Assembly (NCBI GenBank): GCA_003279115.1
Contig: QCBG01000003.1
Span: 52,569-116,568, forward strand
DNA from: Prochlorococcus sp. AG-347-E03
Lineage (GTDB): Bacteria > Cyanobacteriota > Cyanobacteriia > PCC-6307 > Cyanobiaceae
Length of the DNA stretch: 64,000 nt
Reading direction: 5' to 3'
Shown here piece by piece: positions 13,516-24,724 of this stretch. The position numbers were made by a program, and so were the translations under genes. Each line of letters begins with the position of its first letter. Within the stretch, counting starts at the first letter, position 1. The notes beneath the pieces are model-generated. The model made no database searches, was not told the origin of the DNA, and worked only from the letters and a program-made list of their open reading frames with translations.

Positions 13516-13564
13516 AACTTTACATTTCTTAATGGTATTGTTTACAAAACAACATTCAACTTTC

Positions 13565-14566
13565 ATGTCTACTGAAACATTAAGTGAGAATAAATTAGCG
13601 ACGATATCAAGTTTAAAAGCGAGTAATGATGTCGACTTAGTCAGATCATACTTGAGGGATATCGGGAGAGTTCCACTTCTATCACACGAGCAGGAAATTA
13701 CTCTTGGGAGGCAGGTCCAAGAATATATGCAGGTTGAAAGAGCAGAATTGGAAATTTATGAATTAACTGGAGATAAACCTAGTATTGAGGAATTATCAGA
13801 TAAATTAAATCTATCTATTCCTGTAATAAAAAAAAGATTAAGAGCTGGACAGAGAGCAAAAGAAAGAATGGTTGCAGCTAATTTAAGGTTGGTAGTAAGT
13901 GTTGCAAAAAAATATACTAAAAGAAATATGGAGTTATTAGATTTAATTCAAGAAGGGACGATAGGGTTAGTAAGGGGAGTGGAAAAATTTGATCCTGCAA
14001 GAGGCTACAAGTTTTCAACATATGCATACTGGTGGATAAGACAAGGTATTACTAGAGCAATAGCTGAAAAAAGTAGGGCAATAAGACTTCCGATCCACAT
14101 TACTGAAATGTTGAATAAGTTGAAAAAAGGTCAAAGAGAGTTAAGTCAAGAAATGTCTAGAACGCCAACAGTTAGTGAACTTGCAAAATATGTAGAGCTA
14201 CCTGAGGAAGATGTTAAAGATTTGATGTGTAAAGCTGGACAGCCAGTTAGTCTTGAGACAAAAGTTGGAGATGGTGAAGACACTGTTTTATTAGATTTAT
14301 TAGCAGGTGGGGAGGATTTGCCAGATGAACAAATCGAGATGGATTGTATGAGAGGTGATCTTCATTCTCTTTTGCATCAATTGCCAGATTTACAATGTAG
14401 AGTTTTAAGAATGAGATATGGAATGGATGGTGATGAGCCAATGTCTCTTACTGGTATAGGAAGAGTATTAGGAATAAGTAGGGATAGAGTAAGAAATCTA
14501 GAAAGAGATGGATTAAGAGGTTTGAGAAGACTAAGTTCTAATGTAGAGGCTTATTTCGTTTCCTGA
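13565..14566 (+). CDS. Group 2 RpoD-like RNA polymerase sigma factor
   Basis: DLVRSYLRDIGRVPLL (region 1.2), ANLRLVVSVAKKY, DLIQEG, KFSTYAYWWIRQ; no region 1.1. Probable start is the ATG at 13565. Confidence 0.93.
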   Translation: MSTETLSENKLATISSLKASNDVDLVRSYLRDIGRVPLLSHEQEITLGRQVQEYMQVERAELEIYELTGDKPSIEELSDKLNLSIPVIKKRLRAGQRAKERMVAANLRLVVSVAKKYTKRNMELLDLIQEGTIGLVRGVEKFDPARGYKFSTYAYWWIRQGITRAIAEKSRAIRLPIHITEMLNKLKKGQRELSQEMSRTPTVSELAKYVELPEEDVKDLMCKAGQPVSLETKVGDGEDTVLLDLLAGGEDLPDEQIEMDCMRGDLHSLLHQLPDLQCRVLRMRYGMDGDEPMSLTGIGRVLGISRDRVRNLERDGLRGLRRLSSNVEAYFVS

Positions 14567-15465
14567 AGAAATTCATATATTAAATCATTTGTCTTTTCAG
14601 GTTCTTCATCATGAGGACAATGGCCAGTACCCTCAATAATATCAAGTCTTTTAATATTCTTGAATTTTTTCTTCCACTCTTTTGCTTCACTTAAAGATTC
14701 CCAAGGGTCTTTTTCACCCCAAATTAATTGAATTGGAGTATTGACCTTATCGAAAAGGTCTGTAGCAAGATAGTCATCAAATAGATTAATAAATCCACGA
14801 AAAGCTTCTTTAGAGTTTTTCCTTCTAGAGGGTTGATAAAGTATTTCGATCAATTCTTTATCGATATTTTTTCCTGAAGGGTAAGCTTTTTCAAGTATTT
14901 TCTTGATAACTTTTGGATTAGCAGCTCTTGTAAAGAGGGTATTACTAATTACTCTTTGTCTAACTATCGTTTTAAGAACTGGTCTTAGTAGATTCATTAA
15001 GATATCACTTTTTTTTAAACGTTTATCATCCATAGTTCTTTGTGCACAATCAATCAAAATGACGCCTTTGCAATTATCTTTTAGGATTTCAGCAGCTTTC
15101 AATGCGATAACACCACCAATTGAATTTCCCACCAAGTAAACAGGAGATTTTATTACCTCTGAACAAAATGTTGATATTTGGTTACCCCATAAGTCAAATG
15201 AATATTTAACTGAATTTTCTCTATCAGGTTCGTAATTTAATATTGCACTAGGCTGACTGCTTTTCCCAAATCCTAATAAGTCAATTGCGAAGCAGTTAGA
15301 AAATTTACCAAGAAAATCTTGATTATTTCTCCAGTGGTTTTTTGATGCCCCAAATCCATGAATTAATAAAATTTTAATATTTTTTTCAGAAATAGATTCT
15401 TTTGATAAAGACCAAGAAATTTCCCAATTTTTCCACTTCCAAGTTTCCGATTTATTTAAAGACAC
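14551..15465 (-). CDS. Alpha/beta fold hydrolase
   Basis: LIHGFGAS, DLLGFG, GNSIGG nucleophile elbow, GHCPHDE. Confidence 0.92.
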   Translation of the reverse strand: MSLNKSETWKWKNWEISWSLSKESISEKNIKILLIHGFGASKNHWRNNQDFLGKFSNCFAIDLLGFGKSSQPSAILNYEPDRENSVKYSFDLWGNQISTFCSEVIKSPVYLVGNSIGGVIALKAAEILKDNCKGVILIDCAQRTMDDKRLKKSDILMNLLRPVLKTIVRQRVISNTLFTRAANPKVIKKILEKAYPSGKNIDKELIEILYQPSRRKNSKEAFRGFINLFDDYLATDLFDKVNTPIQLIWGEKDPWESLSEAKEWKKKFKNIKRLDIIEGTGHCPHDEEPEKTNDLIYEFLQETK

Positions 15466-15556
15466 TTTGAAATATGCTTTTAATTAAACTTTAATTCAAA
15501 AAAAAATAATTTGTTTTTAATAAATTATTCTTAGTTTAAGAAAAAACTTTCATTTT

Positions 15557-16555
15557 ATGCACAAGAAAAAGGTTATATGTATTGGAGAGGCTTTAATCGA
15601 CAGAATCAGAAATAAGTCAAATGAAGGATTTACAGATTTTTTGGGAGGTGCGCCTGCTAACGTTGCCTGTGCATTAAGAAAATTAAAAATAGATTCAACA
15701 TTTATAGGAAGTTTGGGTAGTGATGATTATGGAAAAAAATTTATTACTCAATTTAATGAATTGGACGTTAATTTAGATTTCTTGCAATTAGATAATGATT
15801 CATCTACTCGTGTGGTTAATGTTGATAGAGATCAATTTGGAGATCGTTTTTTTTCAGGCTTTGAGAAAAGTTCTCATTCATGCTTTGCAGACGAAGTTAT
15901 TCGTAAGAAATTAATCGAAATAGAAATTTTGAATTTGGAGAAATCTTTTCTAGAAACAAAATATTTGGTTACAGGAACGATCTTATTATCATCTCCAATA
16001 TCAGCAGAGACAATTTTTTTTCTTCTTGAACAAGCTAAAAAATTTGAAGTCAAAATAGTTATCGATTTGAATTGGAGAGAGGTGTTTTGGGATAATTCAA
16101 GTTTTTCATCAAAAATTAGTAAAGCAGCGAGAATTAATTTAATTAAGAAATTTTTAAATCATGCAAATGTTTTAAAACTTGCCAAGGAAGAAGCAACTTT
16201 GTTTTTTGAGGATGAAAATCCCTTGTTTATATCTCAACAATTGTTTAATAGACCAGATGTAATAATAACCGATGGAAAAAATCCCGTTGCATGGTACATC
16301 AATGGATTGCAGGGAATTACCGAAACTCACACTTCACAAAAAATTGTCGATACTACTGGTGCAGGAGATGCTTTTCTAGCTGGCTTAATTTCAAAATTAA
16401 TTTCTTCTGGCTATCCTACAAATAAACTAGAGGTAGAAGATTGCATTAAGTTCGCAGGTGTTTGTGGATTACTAACTTGTCTTGGTGAAGGCGCCATCGA
16501 GCAACAGCCATATTACGAGAAGGTTAATAAATTTTTGGGATCTCTTATCTCGTAG
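15557..16555 (+). CDS. PfkB-family carbohydrate kinase (fructokinase-like)
   Basis: GEALID, GGAPANVA, DLNWR, DTTGAGDAF. Confidence 0.92.
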   Translation: MHKKKVICIGEALIDRIRNKSNEGFTDFLGGAPANVACALRKLKIDSTFIGSLGSDDYGKKFITQFNELDVNLDFLQLDNDSSTRVVNVDRDQFGDRFFSGFEKSSHSCFADEVIRKKLIEIEILNLEKSFLETKYLVTGTILLSSPISAETIFFLLEQAKKFEVKIVIDLNWREVFWDNSSFSSKISKAARINLIKKFLNHANVLKLAKEEATLFFEDENPLFISQQLFNRPDVIITDGKNPVAWYINGLQGITETHTSQKIVDTTGAGDAFLAGLISKLISSGYPTNKLEVEDCIKFAGVCGLLTCLGEGAIEQQPYYEKVNKFLGSLIS

Positions 16556-16950
16556 TGTCTTCCATGATTTTTTGCGTAACTAATTTCTATTTTCCAGAAA
16601 TTATCAATAAATGATTCTATTAATTCTGGCCATTCAATAACTAAAATGGCTTGACTTTGAATTGCTTCTTCTTCTTCTGCAAAAAAAACTTCTTTTGCAG
16701 AAGAAACATTTTCTAACCTGTATAAATCAAGGTGAATTAGCGGAATTGTGCCGGAGTTATAGTGATGGGATAAAGCAAATGTAGGGCTTGTGATGTCCTC
16801 AGAGATTGATAAGCCTTTAGCAATCCCTTGAACAAATGAAGTTTTCCCAGCCCCAATTGGACCCTTTAATAAAATAATTGATTTGGGATTTAATTTGTGT
16901 GAGAGTTTTTTTCCTAAATTTAAAGTCTCTTTTAAATTCTCAACAAACAC
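16513..16950 (-). CDS. tsaE: tRNA t6A biosynthesis ATPase TsaE
   Basis: GPIGAGKT, TSPTF, HLDLYRL, IEWP. Confidence 0.95.
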   Translation of the reverse strand: MFVENLKETLNLGKKLSHKLNPKSIILLKGPIGAGKTSFVQGIAKGLSISEDITSPTFALSHHYNSGTIPLIHLDLYRLENVSSAKEVFFAEEEEAIQSQAILVIEWPELIESFIDNFWKIEISYAKNHGRHYEIRDPKNLLTFS

Positions 16951-17001
16951 AAAATTACATGATAATCACTTATAGTTTAGTAGAGATACTATTTACTAGA
17001 T

Positions 17002-18420
17002 ATGGTTATAGCAAATTCAGTTAAAACCTCCACACCTAATTATGTAATTGCTGATATATCTTTATCAGATTTTGGTCGTAAAGAAATTAAAATTGCCGAA
17101 ACAGAAATGCCTGGATTAATGGCACTTAGAGATAAATATCAATCTGAAAAGCCACTAAAAGGTGCAAAAATAGCTGGAAGTCTTCATATGACTATTCAGA
17201 CAGCAGTCTTAATAGAAACTCTTGTTGATCTTGGTGCAGAAGTGAAATGGGCTTCATGTAATATTTTTTCAACTCAAGATCATGCAGCAGCAGCTATCGC
17301 AGATCAAGGAATTTCTGTGTACGCCAAAAAAGGTGAGACACTTGATGAATATTGGCAATATACACACTGCATCCTTGATTGGGGTTCAGACTCTCCAAAT
17401 ATGATTCTTGATGACGGGGGAGATGCAACTGGCTTATTGATACTCGGTAGTAAAGCAGAAAAAGATTTATCTGTTTTAGATAATCCCGGTAATGAAGAAG
17501 AAATTGCTTTGTTCAATTCTATCAAGTCTAAGTTGGAACATGATAGTGACTTCTATTCTAGAATTAAGAATAATATCATTGGTGTCACTGAAGAAACTAC
17601 AACGGGAGTTGCAAGACTTTATCAACTCCAAAAGCAAAATGCTTTACCTTTCCCTGCTATCAACGTTAATGATTCAGTAACTAAGAGCAAATTTGATAAT
17701 TTATATGGCTGCCGAGAATCTTTAGTAGATAGTATCAAGCGTGCAACTGACGTGATGATTGCAGGTAAGGTCGCTTTAGTAATTGGTTTTGGAGATGTAG
17801 GTAAAGGTTCAGCTCAGTCTCTAAGAGGACTTGGTGCAATTGTAAAAGTTGCCGAAGTTGATCCAATTTGTGCTCTTCAAGCGGCAATGGAAGGTTTTAG
17901 CGTTGTTACATTAGAAGATGTTGTGGAAGATATAGATATATTTGTTACAGCTACTGGGAACTATCAGGTAATAAAAAACGAAAATCTTGTCAAGATGAAA
18001 GACGAGGCCATAGTCTGTAACATCGGCCATTTCGATAATGAAATTGATGTGGCTTCATTAAAAGATTATCCATGGGAAAATATTAAGCCGCAGGTTGATC
18101 ACATAACTTTACCGAGTGGTAATAAAATAATCCTTTTAGCTGAAGGTAGATTAGTTAATTTAGGTTGTGCTACTGGACATCCAAGTTTTGTTATGAGTAA
18201 TTCTTTTACTAATCAAGTACTAGCTCAAATTGAACTTTTCAATAAATCAGAAGAATATGCGAAACAGGTTTATGTTTTACCAAAACATTTAGATGAAATG
18301 GTAGCAAGATTACATCTAGATAAAATTGGTGCAAAATTGACAAAATTAACCAAAGAACAGGCTGATTATATTAATGTTTCTGTTGAGGGACCTTATAAAC
18401 CAGAACTTTATAGATATTAA
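17002..18420 (+). CDS. ahcY: Adenosylhomocysteinase
   Basis: [47 protein letters not shown]. Confidence 0.99.
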   Translation: MVIANSVKTSTPNYVIADISLSDFGRKEIKIAETEMPGLMALRDKYQSEKPLKGAKIAGSLHMTIQTAVLIETLVDLGAEVKWASCNIFSTQDHAAAAIADQGISVYAKKGETLDEYWQYTHCILDWGSDSPNMILDDGGDATGLLILGSKAEKDLSVLDNPGNEEEIALFNSIKSKLEHDSDFYSRIKNNIIGVTEETTTGVARLYQLQKQNALPFPAINVNDSVTKSKFDNLYGCRESLVDSIKRATDVMIAGKVALVIGFGDVGKGSAQSLRGLGAIVKVAEVDPICALQAAMEGFSVVTLEDVVEDIDIFVTATGNYQVIKNENLVKMKDEAIVCNIGHFDNEIDVASLKDYPWENIKPQVDHITLPSGNKIILLAEGRLVNLGCATGHPSFVMSNSFTNQVLAQIELFNKSEEYAKQVYVLPKHLDEMVARLHLDKIGAKLTKLTKEQADYINVSVEGPYKPELYRY

Positions 18421-18422
18421 GC

Positions 18423-19082
18423 TTGAGTTTAATTTTCTTAAATTTTCTCACTTCAATTCCAGACTACATCAGTTTGGCTGTTGAAAAGAATTCAGCAATC
18501 GCATACCTGACTATTGGTTTAGCTATGTTTTTAGAGAACATAGTACCTCCAATCCCCTCAGAAATAATAATGCCCTTAGGAGGTTTTTTCGTTTATCAAC
18601 AGAAATTAAATTTCTATATTTTAGTTTTTTGTGGATTACTTGGAACTATTCTAGGATCACTGCCTTGGTACTACTTAGGTAAATTAGTTAATGAAAAAAG
18701 ACTTTCAAATTTTCTAGATAAAAAAGGAAAATATCTGGGAATTTCTTCTAATGATCTCAATAAAAGTAAACGGTGGTTTGATAAGTATGGGGTTCCTTTA
18801 GTATTTTGGGGCAGATTAGTACCCGGTATAAGAACTTTAATTTCGGTTCCTGCTGGTATAGAACTTATGCCATTAAGAAAATTTCTGATTTGGACTACAC
18901 TCGGCAGTTTTATCTGGGTCGTACTTCTGACATATGCTGGCTATTTGTTTGGTGAAAATTATCTAATTATTGAAACTTATTTAGAAAAAATTAAATATTT
19001 TGTGAAACCAATTTTAATTTTTATTATCCTTTATTTTTTTATTAAACTACTCATTAGGTTCTTAAAAAAAAGAAGAGTTTAG
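18423..19082 (+). CDS. dedA: DedA family membrane protein
   Basis: LENIVPPIPSE and GRLVPGIRTLISVPAG. Confidence 0.93.
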   Translation: MSLIFLNFLTSIPDYISLAVEKNSAIAYLTIGLAMFLENIVPPIPSEIIMPLGGFFVYQQKLNFYILVFCGLLGTILGSLPWYYLGKLVNEKRLSNFLDKKGKYLGISSNDLNKSKRWFDKYGVPLVFWGRLVPGIRTLISVPAGIELMPLRKFLIWTTLGSFIWVVLLTYAGYLFGENYLIIETYLEKIKYFVKPILIFIILYFFIKLLIRFLKKRRV

Positions 19083-19450
19083 AATGGGATCTCACTAGAA
19101 TTACTGTTGTTAGAATATTGGTTATTTTCAGACTCTTTTCGAGAGCTTAGTAAGTTTAATCTATCTACTCTAACAACTGGTTTGTATCTATCCTCCCCAG
19201 TATTTTTATCTTTCCAACTATCAATTTTAAAGCTTCCTGTAATTCCAATTAAAGATCCTTTTTTAACGTAATCTGCTGCTATTTGTGCTTGTTTGCCCCA
19301 TATTTCTAAATTAAACCAGTCTGGCTCTTCATCTCTGCTTCTTCTGTTAACTGCAAGAGTGAAATTCGCTACTATAGAGCCAGATTCAAAATATCTGACA
19401 TCTGGTTCTCTTCCTGCTCTACCAACTAGGTTAATAGTGTTAATTTCCAT
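19079..19450 (-). CDS. ssb: Single-stranded DNA-binding protein
   Basis: LVGRAGREP, OB fold, acidic EIPF C-terminal tail. Confidence 0.97.
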   Translation of the reverse strand: MEINTINLVGRAGREPDVRYFESGSIVANFTLAVNRRSRDEEPDWFNLEIWGKQAQIAADYVKKGSLIGITGSFKIDSWKDKNTGEDRYKPVVRVDRLNLLSSRKESENNQYSNNSNSSEIPF

Positions 19451-19582
19451 AATTATATTTTTTTTAATACTACTCTTTTTTTTAGATTCTGCTCGAAGTT
19501 TTGCGTGCTATTCATAACCAAACGAGGGAATTCTTAGAGCTTAACGAAAAATAGATATATTATTTAAAAAAGATTTCTTATT

Positions 19583-20635
19583 GTGATTTTTAACAGATTT
19601 AAATTTTCTAGAGATATTGGCATAGATTTGGGAACTGCCAATACTCTTATACATGTTTCAGGTAAGGGCGTTGTTTTACAGGAGCCTTCTGTGGTTGCTA
19701 TGGATTTAGAAGAAGGGATTCCATTGGCTGTTGGTAAAGAAGCTAAGTTAATGCTTGGAAGAACCCCAGGCAATATAAGAGCTGTAAGACCATTAAGAGA
19801 TGGGGTAATTGCAGATTTTGATGCAGCAGAACAAATGATAAAAACATTTATTCAAAAATGTAATGAAGGCAAGGGTATAGTAGCTCCAAGAATAGTGATT
19901 GGTATACCCAGTGGAGTTACCAGTGTTGAAAGAAGAGCAGTTAGGGAAGCTGGATTGGCTGGAGCTAGAGAAGTTCACTTAATTGATGAACCTGTTGCAG
20001 CTGCTATAGGAGCATCATTGCCAGTAACTGAGCCAATTGGAACTATGATTGTTGATATTGGTGGTGGTACTACTGAGGTTGCAGTATTAAGTTTAGGTGG
20101 CACTGTATTGAGTGAATCGGTTCGAATAGCTGGTGACGAAATAAATGAGTCAATTGCGTTATACCTAAAAAAAGTTCATAATTTAGTTGTTGGCGAGAGA
20201 ACCGCAGAAGATATCAAAATTAAGATTGGATCCGCATTCCCAGATGATGATTTTGATAGAACTACTTTAGAGGTGAGAGGTTTACACCTTTTATCAGGTT
20301 TACCTAGATCAGTCACTTTGACATCAGGAGAAATTAGAGAAGCAATGGCTGAAACACTTGGCAAAATAGTGGAAGCTGTAAAAAGAACTTTAGAACGAAC
20401 ACCTCCCGAACTCGCTGCAGATATTGTTGACAGGGGGATTATGCTTGCAGGAGGTGGAGCTTTAGTGAGAGGTATTAATGATTTATTAAGCGATGAAACG
20501 GGAATTTTTACTCACATAGCGGAAAACCCACTGCTTTGTGTGGTTAACGGTTGTGGAGAGGTTTTGGACGATTTTAAAAAACTGAAAAGAGTAGTCGATA
20601 CTCCAGACTTTATAAGGAACGCCATTAGAGATTAA
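19583..20635 (+). CDS. mreB: Cell shape protein MreB
   Basis: [31 protein letters not shown]. Confidence 0.98.
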   Translation: MIFNRFKFSRDIGIDLGTANTLIHVSGKGVVLQEPSVVAMDLEEGIPLAVGKEAKLMLGRTPGNIRAVRPLRDGVIADFDAAEQMIKTFIQKCNEGKGIVAPRIVIGIPSGVTSVERRAVREAGLAGAREVHLIDEPVAAAIGASLPVTEPIGTMIVDIGGGTTEVAVLSLGGTVLSESVRIAGDEINESIALYLKKVHNLVVGERTAEDIKIKIGSAFPDDDFDRTTLEVRGLHLLSGLPRSVTLTSGEIREAMAETLGKIVEAVKRTLERTPPELAADIVDRGIMLAGGGALVRGINDLLSDETGIFTHIAENPLLCVVNGCGEVLDDFKKLKRVVDTPDFIRNAIRD

Positions 20636-20639
20636 TATC

Positions 20640-21389
20640 ATGTTAGATGTCCGACGAATCTCTACTAGTCGTTGGTGGCATAAAAAGAAAAGTTGGTTTT
20701 TTTTTGGGATCTTTGTATTTTTAGTTTTTGTCAGGATATCAAAGGGATCTTTTTATAAGGATTTTTATTATTTTATTTCAAAGCCTTTTTGGCCTGGTCA
20801 ATTTCAAAAAGAACTAATTCTTAAGAGCATTGACCAAGAATCTTTAGTAAAGTTAAATCTTCTTAAAAAGGATAATTTAAGGTTGCGTAAAATCTTATCT
20901 CTGCAAGAATCATATAATAAAGACAATATTTCAGCTGCGGTTATTTCAAGGAAAACTGGGGGTTGGTGGAGACAAATAATATTAAACAAGGGTTCAAATG
21001 ATGGAGTTGAAATTGGTAATATTGTTATTGGTCCAGGAGGATTATTAGGGAGAGTAATCGATACTTCTTTATTCACTTCCTCAGTAACCTTAATAACCTC
21101 ACCAGAAAGTAAGTTGGGCGTTTGGGTCGATAGAATTCAAATTAATGGATTACTTGTTGGCTTAGGAGATGATTCTCCTAGCTTAATACTTTATTCAAAA
21201 GATGCTGATATTAAAGTTGGAGATTTTGTATCTTCTTCTCCTGCTAGTACGTTATTACCTCCAAATATCCCTATTGGAATTGTCCAATCTATTGATAAAA
21301 CACTGAAATCAAAAAAAACTGCAAAAATATTACTTTTGGCAAATCCTCAAGTTATTGATTGGGTACAAATTTTGAAAGTAAATATTTAA
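20640..21389 (+). CDS. mreC: Cell shape protein MreC
   Basis: N-terminal TM, coiled coil (NLRLRKIL), ILNKGSNDG, GLLGRV, PPNIPIG; follows mreB. Confidence 0.92.
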   Translation: MLDVRRISTSRWWHKKKSWFFFGIFVFLVFVRISKGSFYKDFYYFISKPFWPGQFQKELILKSIDQESLVKLNLLKKDNLRLRKILSLQESYNKDNISAAVISRKTGGWWRQIILNKGSNDGVEIGNIVIGPGGLLGRVIDTSLFTSSVTLITSPESKLGVWVDRIQINGLLVGLGDDSPSLILYSKDADIKVGDFVSSSPASTLLPPNIPIGIVQSIDKTLKSKKTAKILLLANPQVIDWVQILKVNI

Positions 21390-21907
21390 TGAATAAACTT
21401 TTCACAAAGAAATCATCGATATTTTGCTTTATTTTTATCCCAATTATTTTTTTGTGGCACCCTAATTGGCTTGGATTTTTAGGTGTTCAGCCATATTGGC
21501 CATTATTTTGGTTATTGCCTTGGTCAATGATTAATGGATCAATAAACGGACTAATATTTGGTTTGTTTTTAGGTCTAATTTTAGATTCTCTAACTCTAGA
21601 TAATAACTTTACTCAAATACCAGGCTTAGTTCTATGTGGCATTTTGTTTGGGAAAATTAAATTGCATAGTGATATTTTGGTGGGACATTTCAGGCATGGT
21701 TTAATTTGTTCTTTTGGAAGCTTTTTATGCGGGACTCTTTATTTTTTACAAATTTTGTTTAGAAATTTTTCAGATGGGTCTTTTTTATTATTTATTCCTG
21801 GTTTTAAAAATATCTTAGCTGAAGTTTTTCTGACAGGTTTATTTGCTCCCTTTATCTGCTCTCAACTATTAGTAATTTTTAAATTTTCAAAGAGAAAATT
21901 GCATTAA
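21389..21907 (+). CDS. mreD: Cell shape protein MreD (ATG overlapping the mreC stop, TAATG)
   Basis: Hydrophobic, GLFLGLILDSL motif, third gene after mreBC. Confidence 0.8.
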   Translation: MNKLFTKKSSIFCFIFIPIIFLWHPNWLGFLGVQPYWPLFWLLPWSMINGSINGLIFGLFLGLILDSLTLDNNFTQIPGLVLCGILFGKIKLHSDILVGHFRHGLICSFGSFLCGTLYFLQILFRNFSDGSFLLFIPGFKNILAEVFLTGLFAPFICSQLLVIFKFSKRKLH

Positions 21908-22088
21908 TAATTTTTACAAGGAAGTAAAAATTGTTAGAAAAAAAATTCATATCCTAAAAATATTTAATATTTTTGTAAATCATTGGAATATTTCTTTGAG
22001 GGTTCGTAATGTTATATTTGAAATTGTTAGAATAAATATTCATAGCAATAATTCTTTGCTTTGAAGTATCGAAAAATCTTTTTTAACT

Positions 22089-22835
22089 ATGTCAAAAGCA
22101 AGAATTTTAGTTGTTGATGATGAACCAGCAGTTTTGAAGGTATTAGTTACAAGGCTTCAATTAGCTGGATATCAAGTATATTCAGCAACTAATGGGGAAG
22201 AAGCTCTAGAGTCTTTTCACAGAGATTCCCCAGACTTGATAGTTCTTGATGTTATGCTTCCAAAAATGGATGGTTTTGCTGTTTGCAGAAGAATTAGAGC
22301 CGAATCTGTCGTACCAATAATATTCTTAACCGCTCTTGAGGCTATTTCAGAGAGAGTTGCAGGTTTGGATTTAGGGGCTGATGATTATTTATCTAAACCA
22401 TTTAGCCCAAAAGAGTTAGAGGCTAGGATAGCTACTATTTTAAGAAGAATGGGACCTACTGTATCTGTTACTGAAACTAAAGAAGTTCCATCTGGCAAAG
22501 GAGTTATGAAATTTGGAAGTTTAGTTGTTGATACTAATCGCAGACAAGTTTCTAGAGCAGGGGAAAGAATTAGCTTAACTTATACTGAATTTAGTCTCTT
22601 AGAATTATTATTTGATGAGCCCGGTAAAGTTGTTCCCAGAGCAGAAATTTTAGAACAACTATGGGGTTATCCTCCTCGTAGAGCTGCTGATTTAAGAGTT
22701 GTAGATGTATATGTAGCTAGATTAAGAGGCAAATTGGAACCAGATCCAAGAAATCCCGAACTAATATTAACTGTTAGAGGCATTGGTTATGCATCTCAAA
22801 GAGTTGGCGAAACAGCAACATCTTTGGCAAGTTGA
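22089..22835 (+). CDS. srrA: OmpR-family response regulator, RpaB paralogue (SrrA-like)
   Basis: VVDDE, LDVMLP, GADDYLSKPF, wHTH VVDVYVARLRGKLEPDPRNPELILTVRG; no adjacent kinase. The family is certain; the symbol is less so. Confidence 0.7.
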   Translation: MSKARILVVDDEPAVLKVLVTRLQLAGYQVYSATNGEEALESFHRDSPDLIVLDVMLPKMDGFAVCRRIRAESVVPIIFLTALEAISERVAGLDLGADDYLSKPFSPKELEARIATILRRMGPTVSVTETKEVPSGKGVMKFGSLVVDTNRRQVSRAGERISLTYTEFSLLELLFDEPGKVVPRAEILEQLWGYPPRRAADLRVVDVYVARLRGKLEPDPRNPELILTVRGIGYASQRVGETATSLAS

Positions 22836-22884
22836 ACCATGTTCTGATAATTTATTAAATAAAACAAATATATTAAAATAAATT

Positions 22885-24423
22885 TTGTCTGAAATAAGAG
22901 AAGCGCGTTTACAAAAAGCCAATTCACTAGTTAGTAAAGGATTTGCTTCTTACGCAGAGAGTTTTAGAGTTTCACATACTACAAAATTTCTTATTCAAAA
23001 ATTTGATTACTTAGAAAATGGTCAGGAGGAAGACTTCAAAGTTTCTATAGCAGGTAGAGTGATGGCAAAAAGGGTAATGGGTAAGATTGCCTTTTTCACA
23101 ATAAGCGATCAAGAAAGTCAGATCCAGCTTTACTTAGATAAAAGAATTATTAATTGTAATTTAGAAAATCAAAAATTACTTTCTTATGAAGATATTAAGG
23201 AAATAGTAGATATTGGTGATTGGATAGGCGTCTGCGGAACTATTAAAAAAACCAATAAAGGCGAGCTTTCAATTAAAGTAGAAAAATGGGAAATGTTATC
23301 CAAATCATTGCAACCCCTTCCAGATAAATGGCATGGATTGACTGATATTGAAAAAAGATATAGACAACGTTATTTAGATTTAATAGTTAATCCTCGCTCT
23401 AAAAATGTATTTAAAACAAGAGCAAAATGTATAAGTTTCATAAGAAAATGGCTAGACAATAGAAATTTTTTAGAGATAGAGACTCCAATTCTGCAATCTG
23501 AAGCTGGTGGTGCTGAAGCAAGACCATTTATTACTCATCACAATACATTAGATATTCCGCTGTATCTAAGAATAGCCACAGAATTACATTTGAAAAGAAT
23601 GGTTGTTGGAGGATTTGAGAAAGTTTATGAATTGGGAAGAATATTCCGCAATGAGGGTATAAGTACAAAACATAATCCAGAATTTACCTCAGTTGAAATT
23701 TATCAAGCTTTTTCCAACTATATCGATATGATGGATTTAACAGAGGAACTGATCAAAGATATAGTAATTGATGCGTGTGGGTCTTCAGTTATAAATTATC
23801 AAAATCATGTAATTGACTTTTCTAAACCTTGGGCAAGAATATCTATGAAAGATATAGTCAAAAAATATACGGGGCTTGATTTTGATTCTTTCAGTGGAGA
23901 CTTTCAAGCAGCAAAAAAAGCTGCAAAAAGTATAAATGTTGAATTTTCTAATAAAGTGAATACTACAGGAAGGCTTTTAAATGAAGTCTTCGAGCAAAAA
24001 GTAGAGTCAGAACTTTTACAACCTACTTTTGTTATAGATTATCCTGTTGAAATTTCTCCTTTAGCTAGATCTCATGTCGATAATAGAGAAATAGTTCAGA
24101 GATTTGAATTATTTATCTTTGGTCGAGAACTAGCAAATGCGTTTAGTGAGTTAATAGATCCAGTAGATCAAAGAGAAAGAATGCAATTGCAGCAATCTCT
24201 TAGAGATGAAGGAGATCAAGAGGCTCATTGTATAGATGAAGATTTTTTAAATGCTTTAGAGATTGGCATGCCTCCTACTGGAGGTTTAGGCATAGGTATT
24301 GATAGACTTATTATGTTAATTACTAATAGTCCATCCATTAGAGATGTAATCCCTTTCCCATTGTTAAAACCAGAAATAACTTCTAATAAAAATGAAAAAT
24401 TACCCTTGAATGAAGTAAAATAG
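22885..24423 (+). CDS. lysS: Lysine--tRNA ligase (class II)
   Basis: [46 protein letters not shown]. Confidence 0.98.
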   Translation: MSEIREARLQKANSLVSKGFASYAESFRVSHTTKFLIQKFDYLENGQEEDFKVSIAGRVMAKRVMGKIAFFTISDQESQIQLYLDKRIINCNLENQKLLSYEDIKEIVDIGDWIGVCGTIKKTNKGELSIKVEKWEMLSKSLQPLPDKWHGLTDIEKRYRQRYLDLIVNPRSKNVFKTRAKCISFIRKWLDNRNFLEIETPILQSEAGGAEARPFITHHNTLDIPLYLRIATELHLKRMVVGGFEKVYELGRIFRNEGISTKHNPEFTSVEIYQAFSNYIDMMDLTEELIKDIVIDACGSSVINYQNHVIDFSKPWARISMKDIVKKYTGLDFDSFSGDFQAAKKAAKSINVEFSNKVNTTGRLLNEVFEQKVESELLQPTFVIDYPVEISPLARSHVDNREIVQRFELFIFGRELANAFSELIDPVDQRERMQLQQSLRDEGDQEAHCIDEDFLNALEIGMPPTGGLGIGIDRLIMLITNSPSIRDVIPFPLLKPEITSNKNEKLPLNEVK

Positions 24424-24451
24424 ATGAATTAATCCAATACGAATTTTTTAA

Positions 24452-24697
24452 ATGAGTGGTGAACGTGTTGGTTTCCGTTTTAAACACGCGGACGCAGTAG
24501 TAAAAAGAAATCCTCAAGGCCGATCAAGAAGAGGATGGGTTATTGAACCAGTAGAGCAAACTACAAGTAGGGGTACAAAAATGCCTGCATATAAAATTCG
24601 TTGGAGAGATAGTGAGAGACCTGAAACTGTATTGCAGCATATGTTAATCGCAGATCCAGACCCTTCTCCCCCTCCAAGTTCAGTAAGTTTAGATTGA
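24452..24697 (+). CDS. Hypothetical small protein (possible SH3/Tudor-like barrel)
   Basis: 81 aa ORF with ATG start and R/G/P-rich composition against the genome AT bias. Confidence 0.75.
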   Translation: MSGERVGFRFKHADAVVKRNPQGRSRRGWVIEPVEQTTSRGTKMPAYKIRWRDSERPETVLQHMLIADPDPSPPPSSVSLD

Positions 24698-24724
24698 TAG
24701 TCTTATTAAGTCTTGATAATATTT

